Assembly (NCBI GenBank): GCA_965205215.1
Contig: OZ242041.1
Location: 1,920,001-1,984,000, forward strand
Length of the DNA stretch: 64,000 nt
Origin: Nitrosopumilus sp.
GTDB taxonomy: Archaea; Thermoproteota; Nitrososphaeria; Nitrososphaerales; Nitrosopumilaceae
Reading direction: 5' to 3'
The translations under genes and the position numbers were made by a program. Under the pieces are notes generated by a model. It saw nothing but the letters and a program-made list of their open reading frames with translations, searched no databases and was not told the origin of the DNA. This document shows positions 1 to 9,273 of the stretch, in pieces; within the stretch, counting starts at the first letter, position 1, and each line of letters begins with the position of its first letter.

Positions 1-2
1 TG

Positions 3-746
3 CTGGAGCTGAAGGTGCCACACCAGTATGTGAGCCGGCACCAGACCACCACGAACTCGTCGCTGCACGGGGAGCAGGGCGCGTCTGCAGCAACGCCTAG
101 CGGCAGCGGCGGCGCGGCTGGCTTTGGCGTCTTTGACCTGTGCAGACTGTCCATGAGGTTCCGCCCCGACTTTGTGGTGGTGGGCGAGATCCTCGGCCAG
201 GAGGCCGACGGCCTGTTCCAGGCGGCGGCCTCCGGTTCCGGGTGCATGTGCTCGTTCCACGCCAGCAGCGCGGAGCACGCCCTGACAAGGCTGGAGGCCC
301 CTCCCATATCGCTCTCAAAGTCGCAGACCTCACTGCTCACCTACGTGCTTCACATGTCATGGGTGCTGCACGGCAACAAGAGGCAGCGCAAGCTCATATC
401 GATTACGGAGGTCTCCACAGGGCAGGACGACGGCTCTACTGCGGGCGCGTCGTGCGCGGCCGGCACGGGCACGGCAGCCAGCAACAACAACCCCGACTCC
501 CAGAAGGCGCTGAACACCCTGTTTTGGTACGACCCCGAGCAGAACCGCATCATGCCCGACAGCCTAGATGAGATCATAAAAAGGAGCGCCGTCCTGCCGC
601 GCATGAAGGTCATGCTGGGGGTCGACGACATCAGGCATGACATGGAGCGCCGCATGGGCATCCTGGAGCGCATACGCGACGACAACATCACCGAGGTGCC
701 CCGGATACACGACGCGATAAACGGCTTTTACCACTCCGGCCCCTGA
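3..746 (+). CDS. Type II/IV secretion ATPase (VirB11/TadA/ArlI-like), C-terminal part; 5' end lies outside the window
   Basis: Motifs ELKVPHQ, MRFRPDFVVVGEILG (Walker B region), LFQAAASG..SFHA (His-box region) and LTRLEAPP; frame is open to the window start. Confidence 0.85.
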   Translation: MELKVPHQYVSRHQTTTNSSLHGEQGASAATPSGSGGAAGFGVFDLCRLSMRFRPDFVVVGEILGQEADGLFQAAASGSGCMCSFHASSAEHALTRLEAPPISLSKSQTSLLTYVLHMSWVLHGNKRQRKLISITEVSTGQDDGSTAGASCAAGTGTAASNNNPDSQKALNTLFWYDPEQNRIMPDSLDEIIKRSAVLPRMKVMLGVDDIRHDMERRMGILERIRDDNITEVPRIHDAINGFYHSGP

Positions 747-880
747 CGCCGAAGGACAGGCATAATTACCGGCCGGCCATACACAACAGAGATCACATCC
801 CCGTGTGATCGCAGGAGGGCAGGACTCTGCATCCGTGTGGATCTGCCTTCCCGTCCTCAGTATCGTCGTTCGCGGTGCCG

Positions 881-1393
881 TCACTTTCGATTCCGCCATC
901 TCCGGCCCGTACCACACCTTGGGAACTGATTGTACTCAAGCCAAAGGACCAGTACCACGCCAGCTGCAATGCCCACCGCCCGCGTCACGTCGTTATACCA
1001 CGCAACGAAACCGGCCTCCATGACAAGGTTGACGGCCTGCGGTATGAGTCCGGCAAGGAGGAAGAGACGCGCGTAGTTGCCGGCCCGCGTCGCCCCGCGT
1101 ACAAGTGCAGGCGCAAAGACGGCGAATGGGACGCCAAACGCCACTACCGCCAAGCCGCCGCCTGCGGCCCGCACGAACAGCATCTCGGCGCCGGACGCCT
1201 GGCCCCCATACTTGCACGTGTGGGACGACTCGTACGGCGTGACGGTGATGCCGGCGGACTCGTACCCAAGGGACAGGCATGCCGCATAGTGGCCTGCCTC
1301 GTGCACATACACGCCCGCAAACATACCGGCAGCAATTATGCATGTCAAACTGACATAGACAACAACGTTAGTGGAAGCCAGATTCATCTGCAC
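881..1393 (-). CDS. Small membrane protein with HExxH motif (M50/site-2 protease-like)
   Basis: VYVHEAGHYAACLSLG follows a TM helix, then 3 further hydrophobic segments. Confidence 0.65.
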   Translation of the reverse strand: MQMNLASTNVVVYVSLTCIIAAGMFAGVYVHEAGHYAACLSLGYESAGITVTPYESSHTCKYGGQASGAEMLFVRAAGGGLAVVAFGVPFAVFAPALVRGATRAGNYARLFLLAGLIPQAVNLVMEAGFVAWYNDVTRAVGIAAGVVLVLWLEYNQFPRCGTGRRWRNRK

Positions 1394-1536
1394 GGCGGGG
1401 GCACCGTCTCCCGAAAATTAATGTGCTGACACGGCACGGGGCATAGAACACCTGGGCGTGGCCGCAATCCCATGCCCGCAGTCCCGTCATCCCGCGGTGG
1501 GGGTATCGGGGTGTCACGGCTTGTCACCGTCCCCCT

Positions 1537-3069
1537 GTGCCTCCAAGAAGAAGTTGGTACGGCGGCAGGACGGGTGGCCAGTCAGCGATGGCCACTGCAC
1601 TGTCCTGGCGCGCCTTTTATCCCGGCCGCGCGTCTGATACCGTGAAGGACAGGCCCGCGTTTCTGCTACAGGGACCCGCAATCCTAGGCATGATGCTGCT
1701 CGGCTTTGTCGTATACGTAGGGGTGATGACCGCGTTTACGGGTGTCATACAAGGCAGCCTGGCAGACGCCATAACCGAGGTCCCCACCATGCACGCGTAC
1801 GACGCGGACGGCAGGCGCGTCTCTGTCGTATCAGAGGAAGTCGCGGCTGCCGCGCAGCCGCACCTTGAGCGCCGCGACGAGCTGCGCGAACTCGCGGCCG
1901 TGCACATGCAGAACGCCGACTACGAGGCGCTGGTGCGGGCAGACGAGGAGATCGACGCCATAAACGGGGAGTTGTCAAGGATGGGATACCACGACACGGA
2001 GAGCGGCATCGCGGCCATGTACTGGTGGTTCGGGTACCCCGCGGCCGCCATACTGGTCGCGATGGCCATATTTTCAGGCGCGGGGCATTTCTGGGAGAAG
2101 GGGTTCGGGTTGTGGCGCCGCGGCACGTCCCTGGACATGTTCCGCGCGTCGGTCTTCGGGCTGGTGGCAATCTTCCTGGTGCCGGAGGTGTGGGATACGT
2201 TTGCCATACACATGACGGAATTCTCCAGGTATATGATGAACCCCGGCGGTGACCCGCACGACGTGATCGACTCGCTCTGGTGCAAGATGGGGGCCTCGGC
2301 CGCGTGCATGTTCGATTTTACAGGCGTCCTCGACCCCGTATCATGGAGCACGGCCCTTGCCAGCCCCAACGACTTTGGGCAGAGCCTGATGGGCGAGGTG
2401 TTCATGCCGTTCTTCAAGCTGATGCCGGCGCTTGTGGTGTCGCTCGTGGTGTTCGTGACTGCAAAGGTGCGCGTGCTGTTCATCAGTATAGTGTTGATCA
2501 CGCTGCCGATGTGGCTTGTGCTGCGCAACGTCCCGTACCTCAAAAAGCACGCCAAGAACATGGTGGACAACATGGTGGGCGCCTCGTTTGCGCCGTTCCT
2601 CTCGGCGGTCACGCTGTACGTGGGCTGGACCCACGTCTCAAACGCGCCGATGCCGTCGCTGGAGGAGTGGGTCTCCGTGCTGGGAATAGTCACGCTCGCG
2701 GGCCTCTGGCCCCTGATCCTAGCGCCGTTCCTGAGCAACGTGACGGGCTCCATCCAGGGCGCGGTGCAGACCGCGGTCATCAGCAGCAGCACCATGGCAA
2801 TGCAGATCGGCATGGGGGGCGCGGTGGGCGCCGCGAGCGGGGCCGGCGGGGCGGCGGCGGCAGGCGGGCTCGGCGGCCCCCTCAGGGGTCTTGCCATGGG
2901 CGCGGGCCGGGGCGCGGTCGGGAGCATGCCGGTAGTCGACGAGCTGGTGAAGGGAGGCAGGAGCGCGGGCGCGCTGGTGGGGGCAGGCAGCGGCGCCGCG
3001 GACGGTCCGGCCCCCGGAGCCGGCCCCGACAGTTCGTCCCCCGAAAGATCCGGCGCCGGCGCGAGGTGA
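1537..3069 (+). CDS. VirB6/TrbL-like polytopic membrane protein; true start probably ATG 1588 or 1690
   Basis: About 8 hydrophobic helices and a Gly/Ala-rich C-terminal tail, as in TrbL/VirB6; secretion-gene context. Confidence 0.6.
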   Translation: MPPRRSWYGGRTGGQSAMATALSWRAFYPGRASDTVKDRPAFLLQGPAILGMMLLGFVVYVGVMTAFTGVIQGSLADAITEVPTMHAYDADGRRVSVVSEEVAAAAQPHLERRDELRELAAVHMQNADYEALVRADEEIDAINGELSRMGYHDTESGIAAMYWWFGYPAAAILVAMAIFSGAGHFWEKGFGLWRRGTSLDMFRASVFGLVAIFLVPEVWDTFAIHMTEFSRYMMNPGGDPHDVIDSLWCKMGASAACMFDFTGVLDPVSWSTALASPNDFGQSLMGEVFMPFFKLMPALVVSLVVFVTAKVRVLFISIVLITLPMWLVLRNVPYLKKHAKNMVDNMVGASFAPFLSAVTLYVGWTHVSNAPMPSLEEWVSVLGIVTLAGLWPLILAPFLSNVTGSIQGAVQTAVISSSTMAMQIGMGGAVGAASGAGGAAAAGGLGGPLRGLAMGAGRGAVGSMPVVDELVKGGRSAGALVGAGSGAADGPAPGAGPDSSSPERSGAGAR

Positions 3070-3194
3070 ATTGGGACTGACGGAAGACAGCGAGGAGAAA
3101 CGGCGGCGTAACCAGGCAGTACGGACAGAAAAACCGCGCGGGAAAGCCCAGGGTGCGGCCGGCACGCGCGGCGCCGTCCAGCACGCTCGAATAA

Positions 3195-3208
3195 TAAAAG
3201 CATATAAG
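3195..3208 (+). promoter_or_regulatory. BRE/TATA-like promoter (taaaagCATATAAG)
   Basis: AT-rich box ~22 nt before ATG 3230, matching leaderless archaeal promoter geometry. Confidence 0.55.
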
Positions 3209-3229
3209 GTACTATACGGTACACAAAGC

Positions 3230-4204
3230 ATGCCAATAATACTGCAGAGGGGCGAGGTGATGGAGTCCCAGCACAAGGTAAGCACGAGGTTTGGCGGCGG
3301 CACGCTGCACGTCACCAGCAGGGCCCTGATAATCGAGATCAAAAAGAGGGGGATCATATTTCACAGGTTCCACAACCAGATGTCAAGCATAAGAGCAGGG
3401 GGGCTCAGAAAGATAAGGCTGCAGTGGCCCGAGGGCTCCAGCCTGTTTGACTTTGAGTTCAAGGCGTGGGGCGCGAAAAACATCGTGCGCGCCATAAGCG
3501 AAAGGCACGACTATGCAAGGAACTATTCGCTTGACGGCGTCAGCAGGGTGATATTTACAGAACAGCAGAGGAAAAGGATACGCGAAGACCGCGAAAAATG
3601 GGCCGCAAAACAGCTGCGCACCGCGGAGAAGAGGGGCGACAGGCAGGCAGCCGAGATGTGGAAATGGTTCCTGCTCTACGCGCACGGCATATCGTGCAGC
3701 CGCTCCGTGCGCATACCGGACGGCGTGGAGGACCACGTATGCTGGAACGACTCCTGGCTTGGGGACAGGTACGCGTACACGTTCAACCGCTACTGGGTGA
3801 GCGGCAGGTTCGAAAAGGCCCCCGTGCTCGGGGGCGGGACGGACCCGGAGACGGGGGCGTACCGCATACCCGTCGAGCACGTGCGGTTCTTCCACGGGTA
3901 CCCGTACGTCAGCGGCGACGCGTTCGCGGATCCCGTGTACGATCAGGGGTTCCTGATCCCGACCATGCTGGAACCCATGACAGACTGCGAGATGGTAGTG
4001 AAGCGGTACAGGCCACGCGACAGGCTCAAGATGGGGTTCGGGCTGGACGTGGTGGACCCCACGTCCATACTTGGATACCTCAGCGACCCCAGGGAGGCCA
4101 TCATAGGGGGCAGAAACGACTCCCTGCTCACCCCCACCGAGGCCAGGATCCTCCACGGGCACGGCCTCGTGTCAGACGAGGTGATCCGGCAGATTGGCCG
4201 GTGA
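3230..4204 (+). CDS. Hypothetical protein with possible N-terminal PH/GRAM-like beta domain
   Basis: ORF 3071-4204; ATG 3230 preferred because of the upstream TATA; GGGTLHVTSRALII motif. Confidence 0.6.
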   Translation: MPIILQRGEVMESQHKVSTRFGGGTLHVTSRALIIEIKKRGIIFHRFHNQMSSIRAGGLRKIRLQWPEGSSLFDFEFKAWGAKNIVRAISERHDYARNYSLDGVSRVIFTEQQRKRIREDREKWAAKQLRTAEKRGDRQAAEMWKWFLLYAHGISCSRSVRIPDGVEDHVCWNDSWLGDRYAYTFNRYWVSGRFEKAPVLGGGTDPETGAYRIPVEHVRFFHGYPYVSGDAFADPVYDQGFLIPTMLEPMTDCEMVVKRYRPRDRLKMGFGLDVVDPTSILGYLSDPREAIIGGRNDSLLTPTEARILHGHGLVSDEVIRQIGR

Positions 4205-4333
4205 ACCTTGCCCGGGCGCGGGCTTCCAAAAGGGCGCGCGTTCCCGGCCGAGCGCCCCGCGGGCACGGACATACCGGTACCGGCCGCCGCACCATCCAGC
4301 CTCGACAGGATTGCCGAATCCCGCAGACTACAA

Positions 4334-5659
4334 CAGTCAACGCAAATGTGCCCCAAGAGAGGGGGCGCAAGGCTATAATGCGCGCATATGAAAAAGATCT
4401 ATATGTGACGTCTTAAGGCGGCTGATTGCGAATTGAAGAAAAGCCGCCTAAGACGATCTGCGCGGGGTTACGCGATATATCAATCTATTTTGCGTAGCCT
4501 GCAGCTGGGGGACCTGTCAAGCGCGCTGCCATTCTCGAGCAGGTACAACGCACTCTACGGCAAGGAGGACATGGACTTTGTCATGTACGAGGCGTGCATG
4601 AGGAATCGCAACGTGACCTCCATCGCGATGGACAGGAACGGCACCAACGTCGGGCAGCCCGGTGCGCGCGCCCTGCCGTGCGGCGAGCGAATGATGCAGT
4701 GGATGAGGGCCGTCGACGGCGTGAGCCTGCGCGAGCTGTTCATAAGGGACACGGGGATGTACGTGGACCGCATGAAGGCGATGGGACTGTTCAGCGGGCC
4801 CGTCGACATTGCAATCGACTTTCACTACAGGGAGAGATACGACAAGAGGGACGGCCCCGAACTGGTGCGCAAAAAGCCAAGGAACGGGACCGACAGGTTC
4901 GAGGGATATGCCACGGCTCAGTGCGTCGTCAACGGGGAAAAGCTCGTGCTCGGGGTGGTTCCGGTGCGCAAGCTCCAGTCCACCCCCGACTTCGTGCCTG
5001 AGTTAATTCACATATGCGGCCGCGTGGGGGTCGAGATCGGCCTCGTCATGATGGACCGCGAGTTCTTCAACACGGGGGTGATAAGGTACCTCAGCGAAAA
5101 CGGGATACGGTTCCTGATCCCGTGCAGGAACACCGACACCGTCGTGGACGCGCTGGGGCAGTACTCGAGAAGGGCCAGGCACCGCGTGTCGGAGCTGGAG
5201 ATAAGCGAGGGCGGCGGGGGGCGCACGGCCACGTACTGGGCCGTAATAACGGAGAGGAGGCGCAGGAAAAAACACGCGCCGTACCCGGAGCCGCCGGAGG
5301 AAAGGTACATCGCGTTTGCCACCAACGTGCCGGACGCGGACCCCGACAGGTACGGGCGGCGGTGGAACATAGAGACCGGATACAGGCTGCTTGAACAGGG
5401 CAATGCAAAGACGCGGTGCAGGGCCCCGGCGGCCCGGATGTTCTGCTTCATGTACACGTGCCTCTTTTACGACGCGTGGATAATCGCCAGGGCCCTGATG
5501 TCCCGGGCGTACCTCCTGATGGGAACCGCAAACGCCCCCGACCTCAAGTGGGGGGAGTTTGCAGGGGCCCTCCACAACCTTCTCACCGATCCGACCCTCG
5601 AGCCGAAGCCCCCGCCAGACCTGCCGGAGGGCTTGTTCGAGTCACATTTGCGTTGACTG
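4334..5659 (+). mobile_element. Complete ISH3-family insertion sequence, 1326 bp
   Basis: Perfect 17-bp TIRs CAGTCAACGCAAATGTG (4334-4350) and its reverse complement (5643-5659); 5-bp TSD TACAA (4329-4333 and 5660-5664). Confidence 0.93.
4433..5656 (+). CDS. ISH3-family DDE transposase
   Basis: IAIDFH, MMDREFF and YGRRWNIETGYR motifs; the stop codon lies inside the right TIR. Confidence 0.9.
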   Translation: MKKSRLRRSARGYAIYQSILRSLQLGDLSSALPFSSRYNALYGKEDMDFVMYEACMRNRNVTSIAMDRNGTNVGQPGARALPCGERMMQWMRAVDGVSLRELFIRDTGMYVDRMKAMGLFSGPVDIAIDFHYRERYDKRDGPELVRKKPRNGTDRFEGYATAQCVVNGEKLVLGVVPVRKLQSTPDFVPELIHICGRVGVEIGLVMMDREFFNTGVIRYLSENGIRFLIPCRNTDTVVDALGQYSRRARHRVSELEISEGGGGRTATYWAVITERRRRKKHAPYPEPPEERYIAFATNVPDADPDRYGRRWNIETGYRLLEQGNAKTRCRAPAARMFCFMYTCLFYDAWIIARALMSRAYLLMGTANAPDLKWGEFAGALHNLLTDPTLEPKPPPDLPEGLFESHLR

Positions 5660-5703
5660 TACAAACAGATATTCATAAATTGCAGCGCGGAGGTTATTTA
5701 ATC

Positions 5704-6114
5704 ATGGCTACCATAACCGCATGCACGGTGCCCGAGGTCATCGACATGGCAAGGCGCGCGGGACTCGGAGAGGTCGCGGACCGCATAGACTACCTGCACA
5801 AGCTTCCGGTGGACAATGATGACGACCCGATGGATCCAGACTCTGCAAGGTCGCTTGTGTCCTTTCTGGTAAAGCACCATGAGGAATTGCCAGAGACAGG
5901 AATAACAATGAACCCCGAAGGGCACGTGCACGGGCACTGGGAATTTACAAAGGACAGCGACGTGGCAGTCCAGTTCCTGCCATCCGGGGATGTCTGGTTT
6001 GATTATGCGTCCAGGGACGCAGATACCAGACACTTCAGGTCGCGCGAGTCGGGGACAGTTACACCGGACGACATGCTCAAAAAGATCATGCCGCTTGTCA
6101 ACAGTGCGATGTGA
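5704..6114 (+). CDS. Acidic hypothetical protein (136 aa), candidate antitoxin/partner
   Basis: ATG 5704 within ORF 5416-6114, preceded by TTCATAAA; lower GC; 3 nt upstream of the next gene. Confidence 0.65.
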   Translation: MATITACTVPEVIDMARRAGLGEVADRIDYLHKLPVDNDDDPMDPDSARSLVSFLVKHHEELPETGITMNPEGHVHGHWEFTKDSDVAVQFLPSGDVWFDYASRDADTRHFRSRESGTVTPDDMLKKIMPLVNSAM

Positions 6115-6117
6115 GCC

Positions 6118-6558
6118 ATGATCGATGTCAGCCGCCTCGACTTTTTAGCTCGGTACTGTCGTCCCGGCTCTGTCAGGAATGGCATGCCGGACGAAAACGC
6201 CTTTTGGATCAAGCCTGCCGAGGAATACCTCTCCGTCAACGTCCTGCCGGAAGGCCTGGGAGTAGAGGCGGGGCTTGTGCAAATCAGAAAAATACTTGAC
6301 AAAAAGAGGTTTGAGACAAGGCCCAACGGCCGGTTTGCAGTCTTCAATACGGGGCGCGTCATACAGTACATACGTGAATACGAAAAATTGGATGTCAGAG
6401 TAGAACACATGCCCTCGCCTGACGATCCGACCCATGTGGGCATCGCGCCTGCAGAAAGATACGACAAGAATGCATGGCATGAGTCGACGCGCATGATGGC
6501 GCGTGCCTTGTCACAGTTTCTTATAGAAAATCCCGACTCCGTGTACCCGGTACGTTAA
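6118..6558 (+). CDS. Hypothetical protein, possible ADP-ribosyltransferase/RES-like fold toxin
   Basis: Pattern LARY...NAF...YLSVN...EHMPSPDDPTHVGI resembles small R-S-type ART-fold proteins. Confidence 0.55.
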   Translation: MIDVSRLDFLARYCRPGSVRNGMPDENAFWIKPAEEYLSVNVLPEGLGVEAGLVQIRKILDKKRFETRPNGRFAVFNTGRVIQYIREYEKLDVRVEHMPSPDDPTHVGIAPAERYDKNAWHESTRMMARALSQFLIENPDSVYPVR

Positions 6559-6668
6559 CCACACACCGGCACCGCACGGCTACCCGGCCCTACCCGAACC
6601 GGCCGGATCCGGGCATTGGCGAGATCGGGACAATTCGGAGCTGTGCCGCAGGCTGTCCGGCCGTCGGG

Positions 6669-6685
6669 AAAAATAAGAAAAAAAG
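6669..6685 (-). terminator. Oligo-T terminator of the pilin gene
   Basis: TTTTTTTCTTATTTTT on the minus strand just after the stop at 6701. Confidence 0.55.
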
Positions 6686-6700
6686 AGGGGGTGCCGCAGG

Positions 6701-7213
6701 CTACTGCGGCGATATTACCTTGGTCTGGGAGTACGTGCCTCCCCCGGCAATGTCGGCCCTGACCTCGACCAGGTACTTTTGGCCGATGGTGAGGCGGTGG
6801 TCCCTGTCGTTCTCCACGCTCGCGGTCTGGTTTGCCGAGCGGTCCTCCGTGTCCCCGACGAAGATCTTCTCGTTTACGGTAGCCGTGACCCCGGAGTGTA
6901 TGCCTGCGGGCTCAAACGCGGCTATGAACAGGTCGTCCTCGTCTACGCTCCTGTCGCCTATGTCAAGCGTGACTATGACCACTGCGTTGCTGATGTCCGT
7001 GTTGCCGGAGTTCTTGATCATGCCCGTGATGTACGAGGTGCTCCCGGTGTTCTGGATGTTGAGCCGCTTTATCTCCACCGCATCGAGGACCAGTCCGGTC
7101 GTTACGATGTCGGTGGTGGTTGTGGCCAGGATGCCCCCGATCGACACCACTATACCGATCAGTATTATGGTGACGATCATCCCGGAGATGGCCTGGCGCG
7201 GTTGGTTCTCCAT
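6701..7213 (-). CDS. Archaeal type IV pilin with class III signal peptide
   Basis: MENQPRQA|ISGMIVTIILIGIVVSIGGILA; ATG at 7213 with TTTTATGC ~20 nt upstream. Confidence 0.85.
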   Translation of the reverse strand: MENQPRQAISGMIVTIILIGIVVSIGGILATTTTDIVTTGLVLDAVEIKRLNIQNTGSTSYITGMIKNSGNTDISNAVVIVTLDIGDRSVDEDDLFIAAFEPAGIHSGVTATVNEKIFVGDTEDRSANQTASVENDRDHRLTIGQKYLVEVRADIAGGGTYSQTKVISPQ

Positions 7214-7398
7214 GTCGTGTACCGCCCGGTTTGCATAAAAGGGGAAGGATGCGCAACGACCGGGTGCCGGTGCGCGCAACGCGGCGCCGGCTCATGCCGC
7301 GCCGCCCACCCATGCACGGCGAGGCCGGCATGCCTGCGGAACTGCAGCACCGGGCGCGACTTTTAATTTTTTATAGTATGGCAGGGGCAATATCTGTG

Positions 7399-8583
7399 AT
7401 GGCCCAAACCGATACCGGCACCGTACCGCCCGGCAGGAGGCAGATGAGGCTGGCGCCCGAAGTGTTGAGGTGGGCCCGCGAGCGCGCCAGCATCGGAGTG
7501 GAGGATCTGGCGAAAAAAATCCCCGCCAAGCCCAAGAACGTGGAGGAGTGGGAACGCACTGGGCAGATATCGCGAAAGCAGGCAGAGAGGCTTTCCGCCT
7601 CCACACACACGCCGTTTGGTTACCTGTTCATGAAAAAGCCCGTACGCGAGGACCTGCCAATCGTAGACTTTCGTACGCGCGGCGGCAGTACCCGGCAGCG
7701 CCGCCCCAGCCCCGGCCTCCTGTCCACGATATACAGCATGCAGCGCAGGCGGGACTGGATGCGCAGCTACATGATCGAGTATGACGTGGAGCCTCCCGGG
7801 TTTGTGGGAAAGTACAGTAAAAGCAGCCCGTCGGCAGGCGAGATCGCCGGCGGGATGCGAAATGCCCTGGGCCTAGAACCCGAATGGTCTGCAAGGCACG
7901 GCACGTGGGAGCGCGCCTTTTCACACCTGCTCGGGAGCATGGACGGCGCGGGCGTGATGCGGACTGTCACCGGCGTCGTCGGAGGTAACACGCACCACAA
8001 GCTCGATCCGGATGAATTCCAGGGGTTCGCGCTGACAGACGACTACGCGCCGCTCGTGTTTGTCAACGGCGCGGACCACAAAGCCGCGCAGATGTTCACT
8101 GCGGCGCACGAGCTCGCCCACGTATTCATCGGAGCGGAGGGGCTGTCTGCCCTGGACCGCACCATGCCCATACACGACGATCCAAAGGAGCGGCTCTGCA
8201 ACAAGATCGCAGCCGAATTTCTGGTCTCCACGGATGCACTGGATGAATTTTTGTCCAAAAAAGACGCCAATCCGAGGAGCGTGGCGGCCCACTTCAAGGT
8301 CAGCACCATAGTGGCCGCCCGGCGCATGCTTGACACAGGGTCGATGAGCCAGGCGGGCTTTGATGAATTTTATGCCGAGTATACAGGTCGGCAGCTGGAT
8401 GCGCAGAAGACAGCGGGAGGAAACTATTGGAACAACGTGAGTTATCGCACAAGTCCGACGTTTGGAAAGGCCGTGGTACGGGCCGTAATGGAGGATCGCC
8501 TGTCATACACGGCCGCATACAGCCTTACTGACATGCGCGGTTCCACGTTTGAGGAATACGCGGAGAGGATGCTGTCCGGATGA
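7399..8583 (+). CDS. HTH + ImmA/IrrE-family Zn metallopeptidase (DUF955)
   Basis: LRWARERASIGVEDLAKK HTH, FTAAHELAH (HExxH), ERLCNKIAAEFL; AT-rich promoter at 7361-7376. Confidence 0.9.
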   Translation: MAQTDTGTVPPGRRQMRLAPEVLRWARERASIGVEDLAKKIPAKPKNVEEWERTGQISRKQAERLSASTHTPFGYLFMKKPVREDLPIVDFRTRGGSTRQRRPSPGLLSTIYSMQRRRDWMRSYMIEYDVEPPGFVGKYSKSSPSAGEIAGGMRNALGLEPEWSARHGTWERAFSHLLGSMDGAGVMRTVTGVVGGNTHHKLDPDEFQGFALTDDYAPLVFVNGADHKAAQMFTAAHELAHVFIGAEGLSALDRTMPIHDDPKERLCNKIAAEFLVSTDALDEFLSKKDANPRSVAAHFKVSTIVAARRMLDTGSMSQAGFDEFYAEYTGRQLDAQKTAGGNYWNNVSYRTSPTFGKAVVRAVMEDRLSYTAAYSLTDMRGSTFEEYAERMLSG

Positions 8584-9083
8584 GTCCCGCCAACGACGCG
8601 TTCGTGCTGGACGCGAACGTGTTCATCAGCGCAAACAACATGTATTACGCGCCGGATCTGTGCGCCGAGTTCTGGGGGCGCCTGGCAGGCTGCAGCAAGG
8701 AGAGGTCCGTGCTCAGCATAGACAGGGTCTATGACGAACTAGCACGCCGGGAAGACGGGCTGTCTGCGTGGTCCCGCAAGAACAGATCCATGTTTGCATC
8801 GACGCACGATGATCAGACGGAAGAAAAGTATGCCGACATGGCCGAATGGGCCAGACAGGGGCAATACCGTGTTGAGGCACTGGAGGAGTTTGGCGGCGCG
8901 GCAGACGGATGGCTTGCCGCCTTTGCATCCGTTACCGGCGCCACACTGGTCACGCACGAGCAGCCCGCGCCAAGGTCGCTCAACCACGTAAAATTGCCTG
9001 ACGTCTGCAGGGAATTTGGCATCCCGTACGTGAACACGTTTGACATGCTGCGCAGGCTTGGGATACAGCTGTGCCCCGCGTGA
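8580..9083 (+). CDS. DUF4411-family PIN-domain protein
   Basis: FVLDANVFI, ADGWLAA, LVTHE and KLPDVC motifs; ATGA overlap with the peptidase gene. Confidence 0.88.
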   Translation: MSPANDAFVLDANVFISANNMYYAPDLCAEFWGRLAGCSKERSVLSIDRVYDELARREDGLSAWSRKNRSMFASTHDDQTEEKYADMAEWARQGQYRVEALEEFGGAADGWLAAFASVTGATLVTHEQPAPRSLNHVKLPDVCREFGIPYVNTFDMLRRLGIQLCPA

Positions 9084-9273
9084 CGCCGACTCTTGCGTGC
9101 GCCGCACCATGGATGCCGGCCTGGCCGCGCGCAGTATCCTCGGCGCGCGCTAGGACGGCAGGTCTTGTCATGCAGCGTTCGGCGCCGTGACGGCGTCCAA
9201 TGAACGCCCGGTTCCCCCTCATGCAAGCCAGCCGACCGCGCACCGAAAAGCGCATGCGGCTCCAAAAAAAAAG

